A stretch of 64,000 nucleotides of DNA from Mobula birostris (Eukaryota), in NCBI RefSeq assembly GCF_030028105.1, contig NC_092384.1:3825665-3889664 (forward strand), in the 5' to 3' direction. The notes under the pieces are model-generated. The model did no database searches. It was not told where the DNA came from and worked only from the letters and a program-made list of their open reading frames with translations. A program made the position numbers and the translations under genes. How positions within the stretch are numbered: the first letter of the stretch is position 1; each line of letters begins with the position of its first letter. Shown in pieces: positions 13,606 through 25,716 of the stretch.

Positions 13606-13849
13606 CCTATCAATGTCTACCTGCAATATATGCTATGTAATTCTTTCTCATATTGAGCCAGGCTTCAGATATCTCTCGATAACAAAAGGGTCCGTAAACC
13701 TGTTTGATTTCTCTTTTATTCTGACAGGTACATGCAAACGGTGTATTCGCGAAATTTCTGAAGGCCTCCCATTCATTTGCCACGAAATAACCTGAGCCAA
13801 TCCACCCTTTCTACTCCTGTCTGATAACGTCAGCATTGGCCATTCTCTG

Positions 13850-16800
13850 TACAACGCCCTGGGAATCGTTTCACTGCTAATGTAATGGTTTCTCTGTGGC
13901 CGCAGTTTTTGAGTTATAACTAGAGAGAGCGGGGGCTTTGGAATGTGCGGCGTCCAATGAGTGGAGAGTTTTTCTTTCTCGTGTGCCCGAGAGTGAAGAA
14001 GTTGCGGAGATGTGTTCGGCAAAACATGGAGAGAGAAGATGCCAGAACGGAGAGGACCAAACTGCAGGCTGGGTGGACTTGGAATGGGGCCGGGAGTCGA
14101 CGACGCCTGGGGGAAATCGATGGAGGACGAATGGACAGGAAAATTGTGAGCTTCAACTTGAGCATTAGACTCTTTCCTAAATATGGGCCCATTTTCCTTT
14201 TGTTTTCTTTACTAGCCCTTCAGTCAAATTAAGAATTATAAACCTCAATCGCTTAATTGCATTGGGTGTACTGTTCGTTATTTCGTAGTATTGACTTGTA
14301 ACAGGGAAAACCATCACGCAACATCCAGATAAACGAGATTTCACCACTTTCGCGGGGGCGGCGACTGTCTTCTCCTGGACTAACGCAGCCCGCCGAAACT
14401 GATGGTATCGATTGCGGACGTATCGTTCCGGAATTGATTTCGTTGGATGCTGTGTGATTACCCTGAGCATTGGACCAGTGGGTTGTGTGTTTAAGTCTGT
14501 GCTAGTATGGATGTGGCCGGGTGGAGTGATGGTGTTCATCCACGGGAGTTACCGGTAATTAATGCGGGCGTGTTGAGTGGGACAGATATTCGTACTCCGG
14601 GTGAATTGTGAATTCGCCAGGTAAATACTGTTAAAGTTGTCGGAAAAAGTGTGATTATAGAGTGGAGGGCTTTGATAAACTGTTGGGCACAGATCTCGTT
14701 TTACTGCAGACCAGCTCTGACGTAACGGCAGCGCAGCGGGCCGGATCACAAGACGAGTTTCCTGTAGCTAGGGTCGGAGATTTCAAAGACAGGGTTCTAT
14801 CGTTTCTGAGAAGTGAGGGGAAGGAAACACTGCGGAGAGTCGTTGGGAATCCTTAAAAGAGACACAGTGAGGGGCAGCGAGGTGTATCGTGGGTTTGGTG
14901 GGGGGTTTGGGGTTGGGGGCTCATTTCTAGCAATATATTAAGGTGCACCCGAAAGAAAAGAACCATATTACTTCAGGCTTAATGGGGCCAAGCTCTAGAG
15001 TACCCCTACAGATAACAGTATTTATACTAGAGCCGTACTTGACAAAGAGTCGCAAGTCTCTTTGTTGTACCGTTCATTTTACATCCATTAACGCCATTCA
15101 GTGCACTTGAGATCAGGGGTCTTAGTACGGCTGGTTATCCGTATGATGGTTACTTGTCAGTAAAACTAGAGCTTTCGGAGGCTGATGTGGGAATGGCTGA
15201 GGGCCTTGATACGTTACCGTTAGGCTGTGCGGACCCTGTTGATAAGGGCGGTGATTCAATTCTTGTGGAGAACAACCCTCCTATTGTGACGAAGCTCATG
15301 GGAGCCTGTAACGAGAAAGCTGAAGAGAGCTTCCTGAGAACATTGTTCTTTCACTCGGTGTTTCGAGCTGCTTTTGACGAACTGCGTGGCTGCATTGGGT
15401 CTAATAACGAATTTAGACGAGGGACTGTGCGGTTCCCCAGTCCAAGCCAATCATGTTACGGCCCGGGGAAGTAGCGAGAGTAATGGGAAACCCAAATTTC
15501 CCAGAATGCCCGAGGGCGAGGCCTTCTTGGTGGATGCTTCGGAAGACCACGAAGAGGAGTCGGGAATGCCTGTTGTTGTACTGGTGAGGCCCGAACTGCA
15601 GAAGCCCTCGGTTATACTGGCGGACAAGATGGGAGTGATTGTCAGAAACACTACTAAGAGGGAGGTCACATTCAAGCGGGGGCTGCCCCTGACGCATCTT
15701 TTCCCGGAATCGATAGTGCTAGTGTCCCTGTGAGACAAGCGGAGGAGAAACTATCTGCAAAGCGGGGAATTATGACTGCTGAGTCACTCAACTTCGGGAA
15801 CTCGCAGGTAACAGGGGGTTAGGAGAGCAAGTTAATAGAGAAGATGTTGAAGCTGGAAGATGTCTTTTCCATCGACTAGTTTAATGTGGGTTGTTCCAAG
15901 AACTCTCTTAACACTATGCGGATGACCAGCGATACCCCTTTCGGAGGGAGGTCACAGCAAATGGCTTCTGCATAGTAGGAAGACATTCGGTAGCATTCTG
16001 TAAGTTGAAGGAAGCTGAGTTCATCATCGAGTCCAGAAGCCCCTATGCATCACACAATAGTGGTGGCCAGTAAAAGGAATGGGAAGGTATGAATATGTGT
16101 GGACTATAGCACTCTGAACAGGCGTACCGTCTCCGATCAATATACGGTCCCAAGGACCGAAGACGCGCTTTCCTGTTGGGGTAGTGCGAAGTGGTTTAGT
16201 TTGCTGGGCTTGAGGAGTGGATATTACCTGATCCCCATTAGTGAGTCTGACAAAGAGGAAACGGCATTTAAATGTCCACTGGGATTCGTCCAGTTCGAAG
16301 GGCTGCCCAGGGCATATCGGGTCCCCCTACAACCTTCCAGCGGGACATGGGGCATATGAGCTTTCTTGAAGTATTGGTGTATCTGGATTAATTCATATTG
16401 TGTAGGTCCACATTGGAAAATCATGAAGCGGAGCTCAGACAAGGTACATAGCGGTTCGTGTTGTAGGTAGGGCCGAGTGATAGGCCAGGATGGCCTTGCC
16501 AGGTAGACCACAAGTATCCCCAGTTGTGTTGAAACATGAAGAGGTAGATGAGGGACTACGGAGGTGTCACACATCAGAAGGCTACGGGATAAGCTGGCCT
16601 ATGTAGCAATGGGAAAACGGGATGTGGCTCAAGTTGCTTTGGGGAGCTATGTCACTGCCTTTTACACCTGGGTTGGACTTTGTGTTCTGAAGGAGGGGAT
16701 GGCAAACTATCTCAAAGTCATCAGGAAATGAATAAATTTCGTGGGGTAGCGTGTCACGCCCTGGGAAAGGGTTCACTGCTAATCTAATGGTATCTGTGTA

Positions 16801-17291
16801 GCAACATTGTTTGCGTTATGAGTAACGGAAGCTTTGAAATGTGAGGCGCCCAATGAGGGGAGTTTTTTTTTCCTCCCTGTGTTCCTGAGAAATAAGGAGA
16901 CTCGGCTTTTGTTCCGTGGAGGGTGTCGAGAGAAGAGAGAAGGGAGAGGTCATAGACTACAGGATGGCGTGGACTTGGAATGGGATCGGGAGTCGACGAC
17001 AATGGAGAACGGAGAGCCGGGAAAATCGTGAGGTCCAACGAGTGCATTAGAATGTTTCCTTAAAATGGGCCCTTGATCTTTTTTTTTCTTAAAATAACCC
17101 TATCGTTAAGTTAAGGATCATAAAGCTCAATTATTTAATTGCATGTGGTGTACTGTTCGTTATTTTGTGGTACTGATTTGTAACAGGTGAAAACATCAGG
17201 CAGCATCCACACAAAGAAGGTTTCACCAACTGGTGGGGGCAACGACTGTCTTCTCCTAGACTAACGCAGCCCATTGAGCCTGGAGGTTGCA
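13850..17291 (+). mobile_element. Decayed, internally deleted Gypsy LTR retrotransposon (~3.4 kb) with both LTRs
   Basis: 5' LTR ~13850-14410 and 3' LTR 16752-17291 (TGTCACGCCCTGGG...GGTTGCA), preceded by a purine-rich tract. The 4-bp TSD is TCTG (left) / TCTA (right), and TCTA on the left of copy 2. Protease-like LDKESQVSLLY at ~15040. RT-like DYSTLNRRTVSDQYTVPRTEDAL..LRSGYY at 16099-16359. The frames are broken. Confidence 0.88.
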
Positions 17292-17487
17292 TCTAATTTA
17301 AATATTCATCCCAAGGAACAAAAAACTATCTTTCAGCCTAATTATAATCAAACTAATGGAATTATTGTCAGATACAATTTCTCCCCAGACACATTTCTGT
17401 CACCTGCCCTGTCTCATTTCGTATCCTCCTGATAACATCTGTACCATTAGGTCGTCTGTTATTTTAAATGCCTGCATATCGCCGCAA

Positions 17488-17536
17488 TGACGTCAAAGTG
17501 AAACCAAGATGTAAGGGTTGTGCAGTCCATTTGCAA
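17488..17536 (+). promoter_or_regulatory. Candidate proximal promoter cluster: CRE, IRF-type element, octamer-like motif
   Basis: TGACGTCA (17488-95) directly abuts AAAGTGAAAC (17495-504). ATTTGCAA (17529-36) is one mismatch from the Ig octamer. All lie 100-150 nt upstream of the ATG at 17640. Confidence 0.5.
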
Positions 17537-17639
17537 AACCATTTCCACACGACCCTCGAACAGCTTCTCATCACTGTGCTACGTGATTGAACTTTTGAAA
17601 TACAGTTAATACTGTCTGATTTCATCACTTTTGTTCACA

Positions 17640-17694
17640 ATGCATATATTTGATAAGCTCCTTAATCTCTGGTTCCTGCAGATTGTGTACACAG
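17640..17694 (+). CDS. Exon 1, leader peptide MHIFDKLLNLWFLQIVYT
   Basis: ATG has A at -3. Hydrophobic 18-codon peptide. Phase-1 donor AG|gtatgt, followed by a 245-nt intron to the V exon. Confidence 0.82.
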
Positions 17695-17939
17695 GTATGT
17701 CTACAATTCCGTCGTTGATCTGCAATAACGAGTTGCGAGATATTCGGAATTGTTTGTGACAAGCAGCTGCCCAAGAAGTAAACAGCAGTTTTGTTCTTTT
17801 AAATTGATTTACTTCACTCACAGTCGAATCGATCTATTTCAGTCACAGTGATATTATATATGCATATTTTTATTTTAATATTTTTTGTCAATAAAGCCAA
17901 CCATTATACTCTGATAACTATTGTTTTTCATTCTGACAG

Positions 17940-18260
17940 TTGCTGACAGGGCCTCGATCACAGTGCGCCAGATTCCTGTGAACGAGACTAAGGCAGAGGG
18001 TGCAAATGTGTCAATTTACTGCACCTACCCAATCTTCGCTCAGAACGCAGTGGTGGCTGTTTATTGGTGGAAAGGGGGACAAGAAGGATATATAGATCCT
18101 ACTGCAGACAGAAGGATGAGTATTATAACTACACAGCAAGGTTCTGCCGAATTCCATATCTTCGACCTGAGATTCGGGGACTCTGGAATATTTTATTGCG
18201 GTGTGAGAGACTGGACAGGAACGATTTCCAAAGGCAATGGCACGAACGTTATTGTACACG
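17940..18260 (+). CDS. Exon 2, V-set Ig domain with in-exon J-like G strand
   Basis: Acceptor ttctgacag|, donor |gtaaat, phase 1/1. Cys at 18020 and 18197, YWW C strand, DSGIFYC, and J-like KGNGTNVIV. Confidence 0.95.
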
Positions 18261-18856
18261 GTAAATCTTACTCGGCGTGTCTTAGACAAATGTAACTACT
18301 AAATTAAACGGATCGCGTTAGATATTGATAAAGTACAATAAGAGACCGCCTCTCCATCCACAGTAATATTCTTCATTTCGGGTTTCAATAACCACTGTTC
18401 ACTGTTAGTGGAACAGTGGAATCTCGGAAAGAAAATTGTTCTCTAATTTCATGTGATTTTATGCTCCTTTATAACTGAAGATACATTTCCTGTGATGTAC
18501 ATATAATGAAATATTTATGTCGGTAGATGGGCAGTTAATGGAATAGTATTTTGCATGTGCTAACTGAAATCATTTAATCAAATTCGAGACCTGTGAGTTA
18601 CAGATGATGACGTGCCCTTCGTAAGTTAAGAGTTCAGCCATTACCCGCAGAACATTAAAATCGATTCTGGAGAAAGATCGAGGGCTTTGCCGGCTTATAC
18701 GACGAATAAACTCTTCGCGGGTTTCCAGCAGGATACAGTTATCAATTGTAACCGATATCTCGATGGCATACTCTACCATTCTTGGAAAAGCCCGAGAAGA
18801 GTTTATTTGGACACTCGAGTCTGTCTGTCCCTTTGCAAACAGAAAAATTGAATAAA

Positions 18857-19055
18857 TGTTGCTCAGTCGTTAAGTCGAGTCCGATTCTGCCTGACATCCT
18901 GGACCAGGGAGTCCGGCAGGATGCGGAGTTAGGTTGATAGGCATTTCTTCCGCGCAGATACTGCTGCTGCTGCCCAGGCTGGGACCCGGCTGGGTTTGAA
19001 CTCAGTTCCATCCGCCTTGAAGTCCAGTGCTGATGCACTGAGGTAGTGTTCATTG
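18857..19055 (-). mobile_element. tRNA-headed SINE with RTE/BovB-like 3' tail
   Basis: On the minus strand: A-box-like TACCTCAGTG (19045-36), B-box GTTCAAACCC (19001-18992), and tail cggactcgacttaacgactgagcaaca followed by tttatt. Confidence 0.55.
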
Positions 19056-19059
19056 GTTC

Positions 19060-20000
19060 ATTATCCATGAGGAATCGGATGGCAGAGAGGAAGTAAAACT
19101 TCTTTGAATCACTGAGTGTGTGTCTTCACGCTTCTATACCTCTTTCTCACGGTAATGATGAGAAAAGGACATATCCTGGGTAACGGAAATCCTTAATGAT
19201 GGACTCAGCCCTCCCCAGACACTGCTCCTTGAAGATGTCTTGGATGCTACGGGTGCTAGTACCCATGATAGAAAAGCCTCATTTTATAACTTATTGTAGC
19301 TTCTTTCCATCCAGTACAGTAATCGCTCCCCAGCATACCAGATGGTGATGTAACCTGGCAAAATGCTCTCCTCGTACATCTGTAGAAGTTTTCGAGTGTC
19401 TTAGGTGACAAACCAAATCTCCTCAAACTTCCAGTGAAATATAGTCACTATCTTGTCCCCATTATGGCGATATCGATATACTCGGACCAGGTTAGTTACG
19501 CAGAGATATTGACACCCAGGAACTTGAAATTTCCCACTCTCTTGAAGTCCGAGGTTTGGTTTATTATCCTTCGTCCTACTGTTTTTGAAGTCCTCAGTCA
19601 ACTTTTTGGTCTTACCGATGTTGAGTGCAAGGTGGTTGCTGCAACGCCACTCTGCTAGCTGATACAGCTCGCTCTTGTAAGCCCTCCCCTCTCCATCAGA
19701 GACTCTGCCAACAATTGTCGTATCATTACCAAATGTATTGATGCCATTTTAGCTATGCCTAGCCACATAGCTATGGGTATAGAAAGAGTAGAGCAGTGGG
19801 CTAAGGACACATCCCAGTGCTGCGCCCGTGTTGATCATCTCTGAGGAGGAGTCATTAATACAAAGTGTGGTCTCAGGTTTGCAAGACGAAAATCAAATTG
19901 AAGGAGGAAGTACAGAGGCCCATAGCTTATCGATATGATGGTGATAAATACGCTGTAGTCAGGGAATTGCAAGCAGCATCGTGACAAGGTATTGGTATTG
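19060..20000 (-). mobile_element. Rex1/Babar-like LINE 3' portion, degraded
   Basis: Reverse-strand 3' region (gaggaatcggatggcagagaggaagtaaaact...cttctatacctctttc) with RT-end remnants toward 19700-19830. Confidence 0.65.
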
Positions 20001-23000
20001 TCCTGGTGATCTAAGACCGTCTGAAGAGCCGTTGATTGTGATTCTAGCCCTGTGAGCTACCATATCTGCTGCCTTCAATTCGGATTCTTAAAAATACAGC
20101 AGGGTGCACTATATGAATTCCTCCGTCTGCAACTATTAGGAACTATTACACAGTTTTACAGCACCGCAGTGGTATTGATCGTGTTCTAGATCGTTCTCTG
20201 TTTTATTAAAAAAAAACGTAGTTTATTATTCAGCTTAGAGTAGTTAATCTGTGCAACTCTGCCTAATGAAGCAATAGCGGCTACTTCAGTAAATATATTT
20301 AAGACAAGGTTGGATAAGAGTTTTGCATAGTAGGGAATTAAATGTTATGGGAGAAAGGCAGGTTGGTATGGAGATGAGCCCAAGATCAGATCAGCCATGA
20401 TCTTATTGAATGATGGAGCAGACTTGATGGGTGGGATCGTCTACTTCTGCTCCTATTTCTTATGATCTTATGCACTGAGTTAAACGGTAGAACGTGTAAA
20501 AAAACAAAACAATGATATTAATTATTTTAAATATATTAAAGACTTCATGACATTGTGTGAGTTTCTGTCGTGAATGCGGTATAGCATGTAATATTAAGTT
20601 TTCTTGGAGGCAGCGATTGGTAAAATAAATGGCAGTATGTTTGTTCAGTATGGAGGACAGAACACATTAAATCACACAACTGAACTTTGTATATATAATT
20701 AATGCAACGTGTAACAAAAGGTGGGTCCAAATGAGGTAAAATTAGAAACACTTGTTAAATTCAGAATTTCTAAATATTTAACAGTTGTAACCCTCTTTGC
20801 GATTGCATATCCTTGTTTAACAGCCCGGGGCAGGGACTGTGAACAGAATAAATACCAGTCTAAACTGTCACTGGGAAATGTATAATTTAATTTATTCATC
20901 GATGAAACCCGTAATTTCTGGTCATCATTGAACCATGTATTGGAAGCAACTTTTTTGTTTTTTTTTAATTATGTGCCCTCTTTTCATCTTACGTCTGAAT
21001 TACCACATCGAGCTAGATTGCAAATTACCAAAGCACTATATTGCCCAAAAAAGGGCTGTATTATTCTTTTTGTTCCAACATCATTCTCAGGTCTTTCCCT
21101 CAACTTAGAGACGTTACCCATAAAAAAAAATCTTCTTGATATTCCATACTGAACCGCAGGGAATTTTCATCATTTTGTCTTAGCTTGCTGTAGCCTCAGA
21201 GACAACGCAAAAGCACATAGCCTCCAAAACAACAAACAGACGATGATCCGTGATTTTTAAAAAATAAATATTTCACCAGATTCATTTGAAAGTATGGAAA
21301 ATAGTATAATATATTTGTCATATTTGCTTTATAAATGCTGTTCTGATCACAAGAGAATCGAAGATTTTAGCTTTATTCACCCACTCTTACTGCAATCCCT
21401 GCCTATTATTTTCCTCCTGTTACCTATTCTTTTTCATTCCCTTGGTTTCCCCTGATTCCAGCATGGTCCAACATGCTGACTTCCACAATCATGCGCTCTC
21501 AGTCCTCTGCGTACTGCAATCATCTTTTTGTATTCTTTTACCTGTTGTAATGTTATTTATTCCCGAAATATACGTTTACCACAACTTCTGGAGCCATACA
21601 AAGGCTCTGATGAATATCTTCCACAGAACATCTAGGTTTGCAGATTCAGGATGTAGACCAGACAGCCGGGTAGAATCGGTGAATCGATTCCAAGGAAGGA
21701 TTGAGTTGAGATTTGCAGTGGGTGGATACCGGTATTTTTTTCTTGAATTGGAAGCCTTTGCTCCACCATAGGTTTTGGTTGTACGTATGTCGAAATATCA
21801 CGGAATATTTTGAGATCTCGTCAAAACACAAACTTTGAGGTCTCTGTCAACGTTTCCCACAACCCTTTGTTTCAAACAATTCAAGCACATGTGTGACGGT
21901 GTGCTATTCTCAGGTGACACGGAACTTGCAGTGGGTTCAGAGAATTAGAACCTAGGGGTAGAACGTAGTATGTTAAATAAGAAGAAATTTACTGTGAAAC
22001 AACCAAATAGAGGGGTCGAGTATTTCGTCACTGGTGAGGGGTTGCAAGGTTTGGTAGTCACTGAGTTATGTTGTTCTATGTGTATGTTACATCTGAACCC
22101 CGTCCGGTGAGGAAAATCCCATACTGTCAGAGAGCAGCAAAATGAATGACGGAAGAAACAGTTTATTAAGGAAATAATGGAAATCCAAACATTATAAATT
22201 ACAATACCTGATATTCCAAGGCATTATTGAAGGAATGACATTAAATGTCGCTAAATAACTTACCCCGGAACAAGCTCACTACGCTGTGTTTGGATCATTA
22301 ACGTTATTGATACAGTAATGTATTATTTTTATAGGCAACTGACGACTGGAAATTTACTTTGAAATGATTCGCGTCTTAACGAGCTCAGGACAATGTCCGA
22401 TTACAATCACTTCTTTCATGTTGCTGCTGAATCTGACCTAGCTACACGAACGCCTGCGCCTCTTCTTAAATCGGATATTTTTCTTCTTCATAACTGGATT
22501 TCGAGAAACTCTGCCATGGACGGTCCTTAGAATGCTTGCGAAAGGAGGAGGTTTGGGCCTGAAATAATACTTACGTTAATTTTGGCTCGATTTATTACAT
22601 CTCCGATTTATTTCATTTAGCATTGCCCACCATAATTAATTTCCACTCCAAGCCGATTTAACAAAATTATATCTCCGTGGCGGCAAAGTCATGGTACATT
22701 TTACCTTCTAACTTGAAAGTGCAAATGCAGATCGGCCATGATCTTTAGAAAACAAATTGTTTTTCTTGCATGTTAACAGACAGCAGAAAACTGCAGGAAA
22801 CCTTTTAACCGCTGCAATTGAAAGATTATTAAAATGCACAAAAATCGTTTGATTTTTTTTTCACACGAGTCGTAGGTTCATGCAACCTAGATGGACACTT
22901 CTCAACCCAAATCTGAAATGCCGAACAAACCGCAATATCCCTGAACAGATTTTTTTGCAATTCATTCGCATGCCTGAATATTTTTTGGGGGAGCATTTTC

Positions 23001-25437
23001 ATTTTATCACGCTTCCTCAGCTTCCTTGTGCATGCCTTTACATGTACCAACTGCCAAGTGAGTAGAAAAGGGTACCTTTTAAGTTCAATTTAAACCTACG
23101 CCATTTATTTTAAGTCCATCTCTCCAGTTGCAGACACCAAGAATCTGGGAAGAAGACTCTGAATATCCATGTTATCCAGGTCCTTATAACTTTATAAGCA
23201 TCTATCAGATCACCCTTCGACCTCCTTCTCTGCAGACAAAGAGTCGTAGATTCTCCATGTAAATGAAACCCTCCAGACCCAGTGCTGCACGCATTCATAC
23301 CAGATTAATGACATCTGTGCTGTGCTAGGCCAAGAGAACCGCGGAAAATATCTCTGGTGTGTTCTCACCAACGACTTGTGCAATTTCTGACGTCCGAATT
23401 GCTGACCAATAGGCAGGAATTTCAAAGCGCGTTCTTCGCCACATTACCCATCTGTGTCACTACTTTAAGGGATCAGGCACGGACGGTACTAGAGTTCTGT
23501 TTACGTCAACCCTCCCTATGGAACTACCAATTACTGTTTAAGCCTTGGTCGAATTTAATGTAGAAAATAGTACACATCGCACTGTTAAATATTTCCTGAT
23601 GATTCTCGTATTGCAAACAGGTTTGTTCCGGGGACACATGTTGGAATAAGGAGTCTTAATTGAACACAGTTTAGAACGTTGTTGGATATCCAATCGCATG
23701 TGTGATGAATTCTGAGATATTTAATTATTGTCCTTATAGGAATCTGATCAATTGGCATTTCAATGCCTGCCGATTATACAGAATGATGTTGTGCCGAACT
23801 AATTTCAGCTAATCATTGCAACAAGCACAAGTTCCATATCCTCTCCATATATACTGATTTCCACCTCCAGTCCATTCAGATAGATACCTTTATTCCGTTT
23901 TCTCTAAATAATAACATATTATTAAGCGAGTTACAGAACAGTTGATACAACACTTTTTCCTGTTTTAAAAGTGGCATTTTTTATTTCTGCTTATAAATTG
24001 ATCTGCTTTTCTCACTAAACCTAGTGTAGGATTTACACTCTATACAAGAAGGAGATTTGTTCCATCAGCTTCTTGGGTTTTTCTGTCGCTGCTGAATCAC
24101 ATTCTTAATTGAACTTTTTTTTTTCCTTAAATGGTTTTTGATAGTAACATAACTATTGTATTATGAATTACTCACTGCATCATTATGTCATTAAACAAAA
24201 TCTCGGACATCCTTCTGCAGGAGATTTGTTCTCGCAACTTCTTGGATTTTGCTATTGCTTCTGAATTATGTTCTGAATTGAACGTTCTTCCCTTAAATTG
24301 TTGTTGATAGTAACACAATCTATTGTATTTTGAATTACTCACTGCATCATTTTGCATCACTGTGTCAGTAATCAAAATCTCGGATGTGCTTCTGCATTGT
24401 AAGATTTTGGCCGGTATTCATACTAGATAATGTAGACCATCTTGCGTGCAAAATCTCCTTCCATTAAATTTCTCCAAAAATAGTTAACCTGCGTTTTGTT
24501 ATCAACTCTTCTCGCTTTGTTTTCACTCAATCTCGCCCACCTGATTGGTTCTGTGGAACCAATACTAATCCGAAATGTGGAATTGGTATCTGCAGTGAAG
24601 GTCCCAAATTCAAGATTCAAGATTGCTCCATTAAATTCCTCTACCCAATTATAAAGGAGAATGAAATAATTACTACGCAGGATCTGATAGAATGCAAATA
24701 AACACTTGATAACAACACAATTACTATAAAATACGTTAGCTAAGAGAAGTTTGCTCTACCATCAAATTATTTTTTTCGCTGTAACACGCTGTAAGGTTAT
24801 TGACGTGACTAAACCTGCATATATTTTCAATCGGTATGAAAAGTCGATGAAAAATATAATGGGATTCAAACTGAATTCAGTATTTGCAGAAATAATTCAT
24901 TTGTTTGTGCAATTGGTAGTGGGGTTCTGTTGTTTTGACGTATAACAATTACGACATATGGAATATAAGAAGAATTATGAAGACCTTAGCGGAAATGTTT
25001 TACAGCACAGCACAATAAAGAACGTGCAGAACGTTTTCACAATGTAAATTCAATAATTTATAAAATGTGAATTTAAGATTAGACAACCTAACAGAAACAA
25101 ACTAATCTTATTGTATCTTTTTGCATGTGGAATAAAGATAAATAAATAGTGGCCACGGAGTCATGGGGTAAAGCAGAAAGCTTTTATGTAATTTATCCGT
25201 GATACCTTCACCTGAAACTTCAGTGTTCTATTCAATGAAAAAATAAAAACTAATGAAAATGTATATCGCCTCATAAAACGTCATGGTAAAATACGTAAAC
25301 TACTTGACTTGGGATGAATGTTTTCAAGTTAAATTCAAATTAACACTCCAGGTTGTGAAGAATATTTTTCTGTCAGTGATTATTTTCTCTGATAAAGGCG
25401 CGTTTAGAGATTTTACCTCTTTTTCAACCATTTGCAG

Positions 25438-25716
25438 TTCCGCCGGCGCCGTTGAAAATCACCGAAGTGAACGCTCCTTCCGTGGCTCTGACGTGCACAA
25501 CTGCTGCTTTTTTCCCGAAGGACTATGAGCTCATATGGTATAAAAATGAAGTCGAAATCACTTCTGGAATGCATACCACACAAATGCAGAACAAGGAGGG
25601 ATTATATCTAGTTTCAAGCTCCCTTAATGTAACAGAAAGCTGGTCTGTTTATACTTGCCAAGTATTTCATGAATCTATGAAGGCGCCAGCCTCCGAGTCA
25701 TATAGAATCGGACTAG
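25438..25716 (+). CDS. Exon 3, C1-set Ig constant domain
   Basis: Acceptor tttgcag|, donor |gtaag, phase 1/1. VPPAPLKI..LTCTTAAFFPKDYELIWY..YLVSSSL..YTCQVFH matches the Ig/MHC C1 signature [FY]xCx[VA]xH. Confidence 0.95.

Larger units (their letters stand above)
1..16673 (+). repeat. Segmental/tandem duplication, copy 1 (upstream region of the VJ-C1 receptor gene)
   Basis: Colinear with 41386-60804. Anchors: 1 ctgcaatata ~ 41386 gtgcaattta; 9481 catcccttttgtaagatgcc ~ 53319; tgtcactgccttttacacctgggt ends at 16673 and at 60804. Both copies share the same nested LINE, LTR, Tc1 and Gypsy insertions. The homology probably continues left of the window. Confidence 0.95.
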
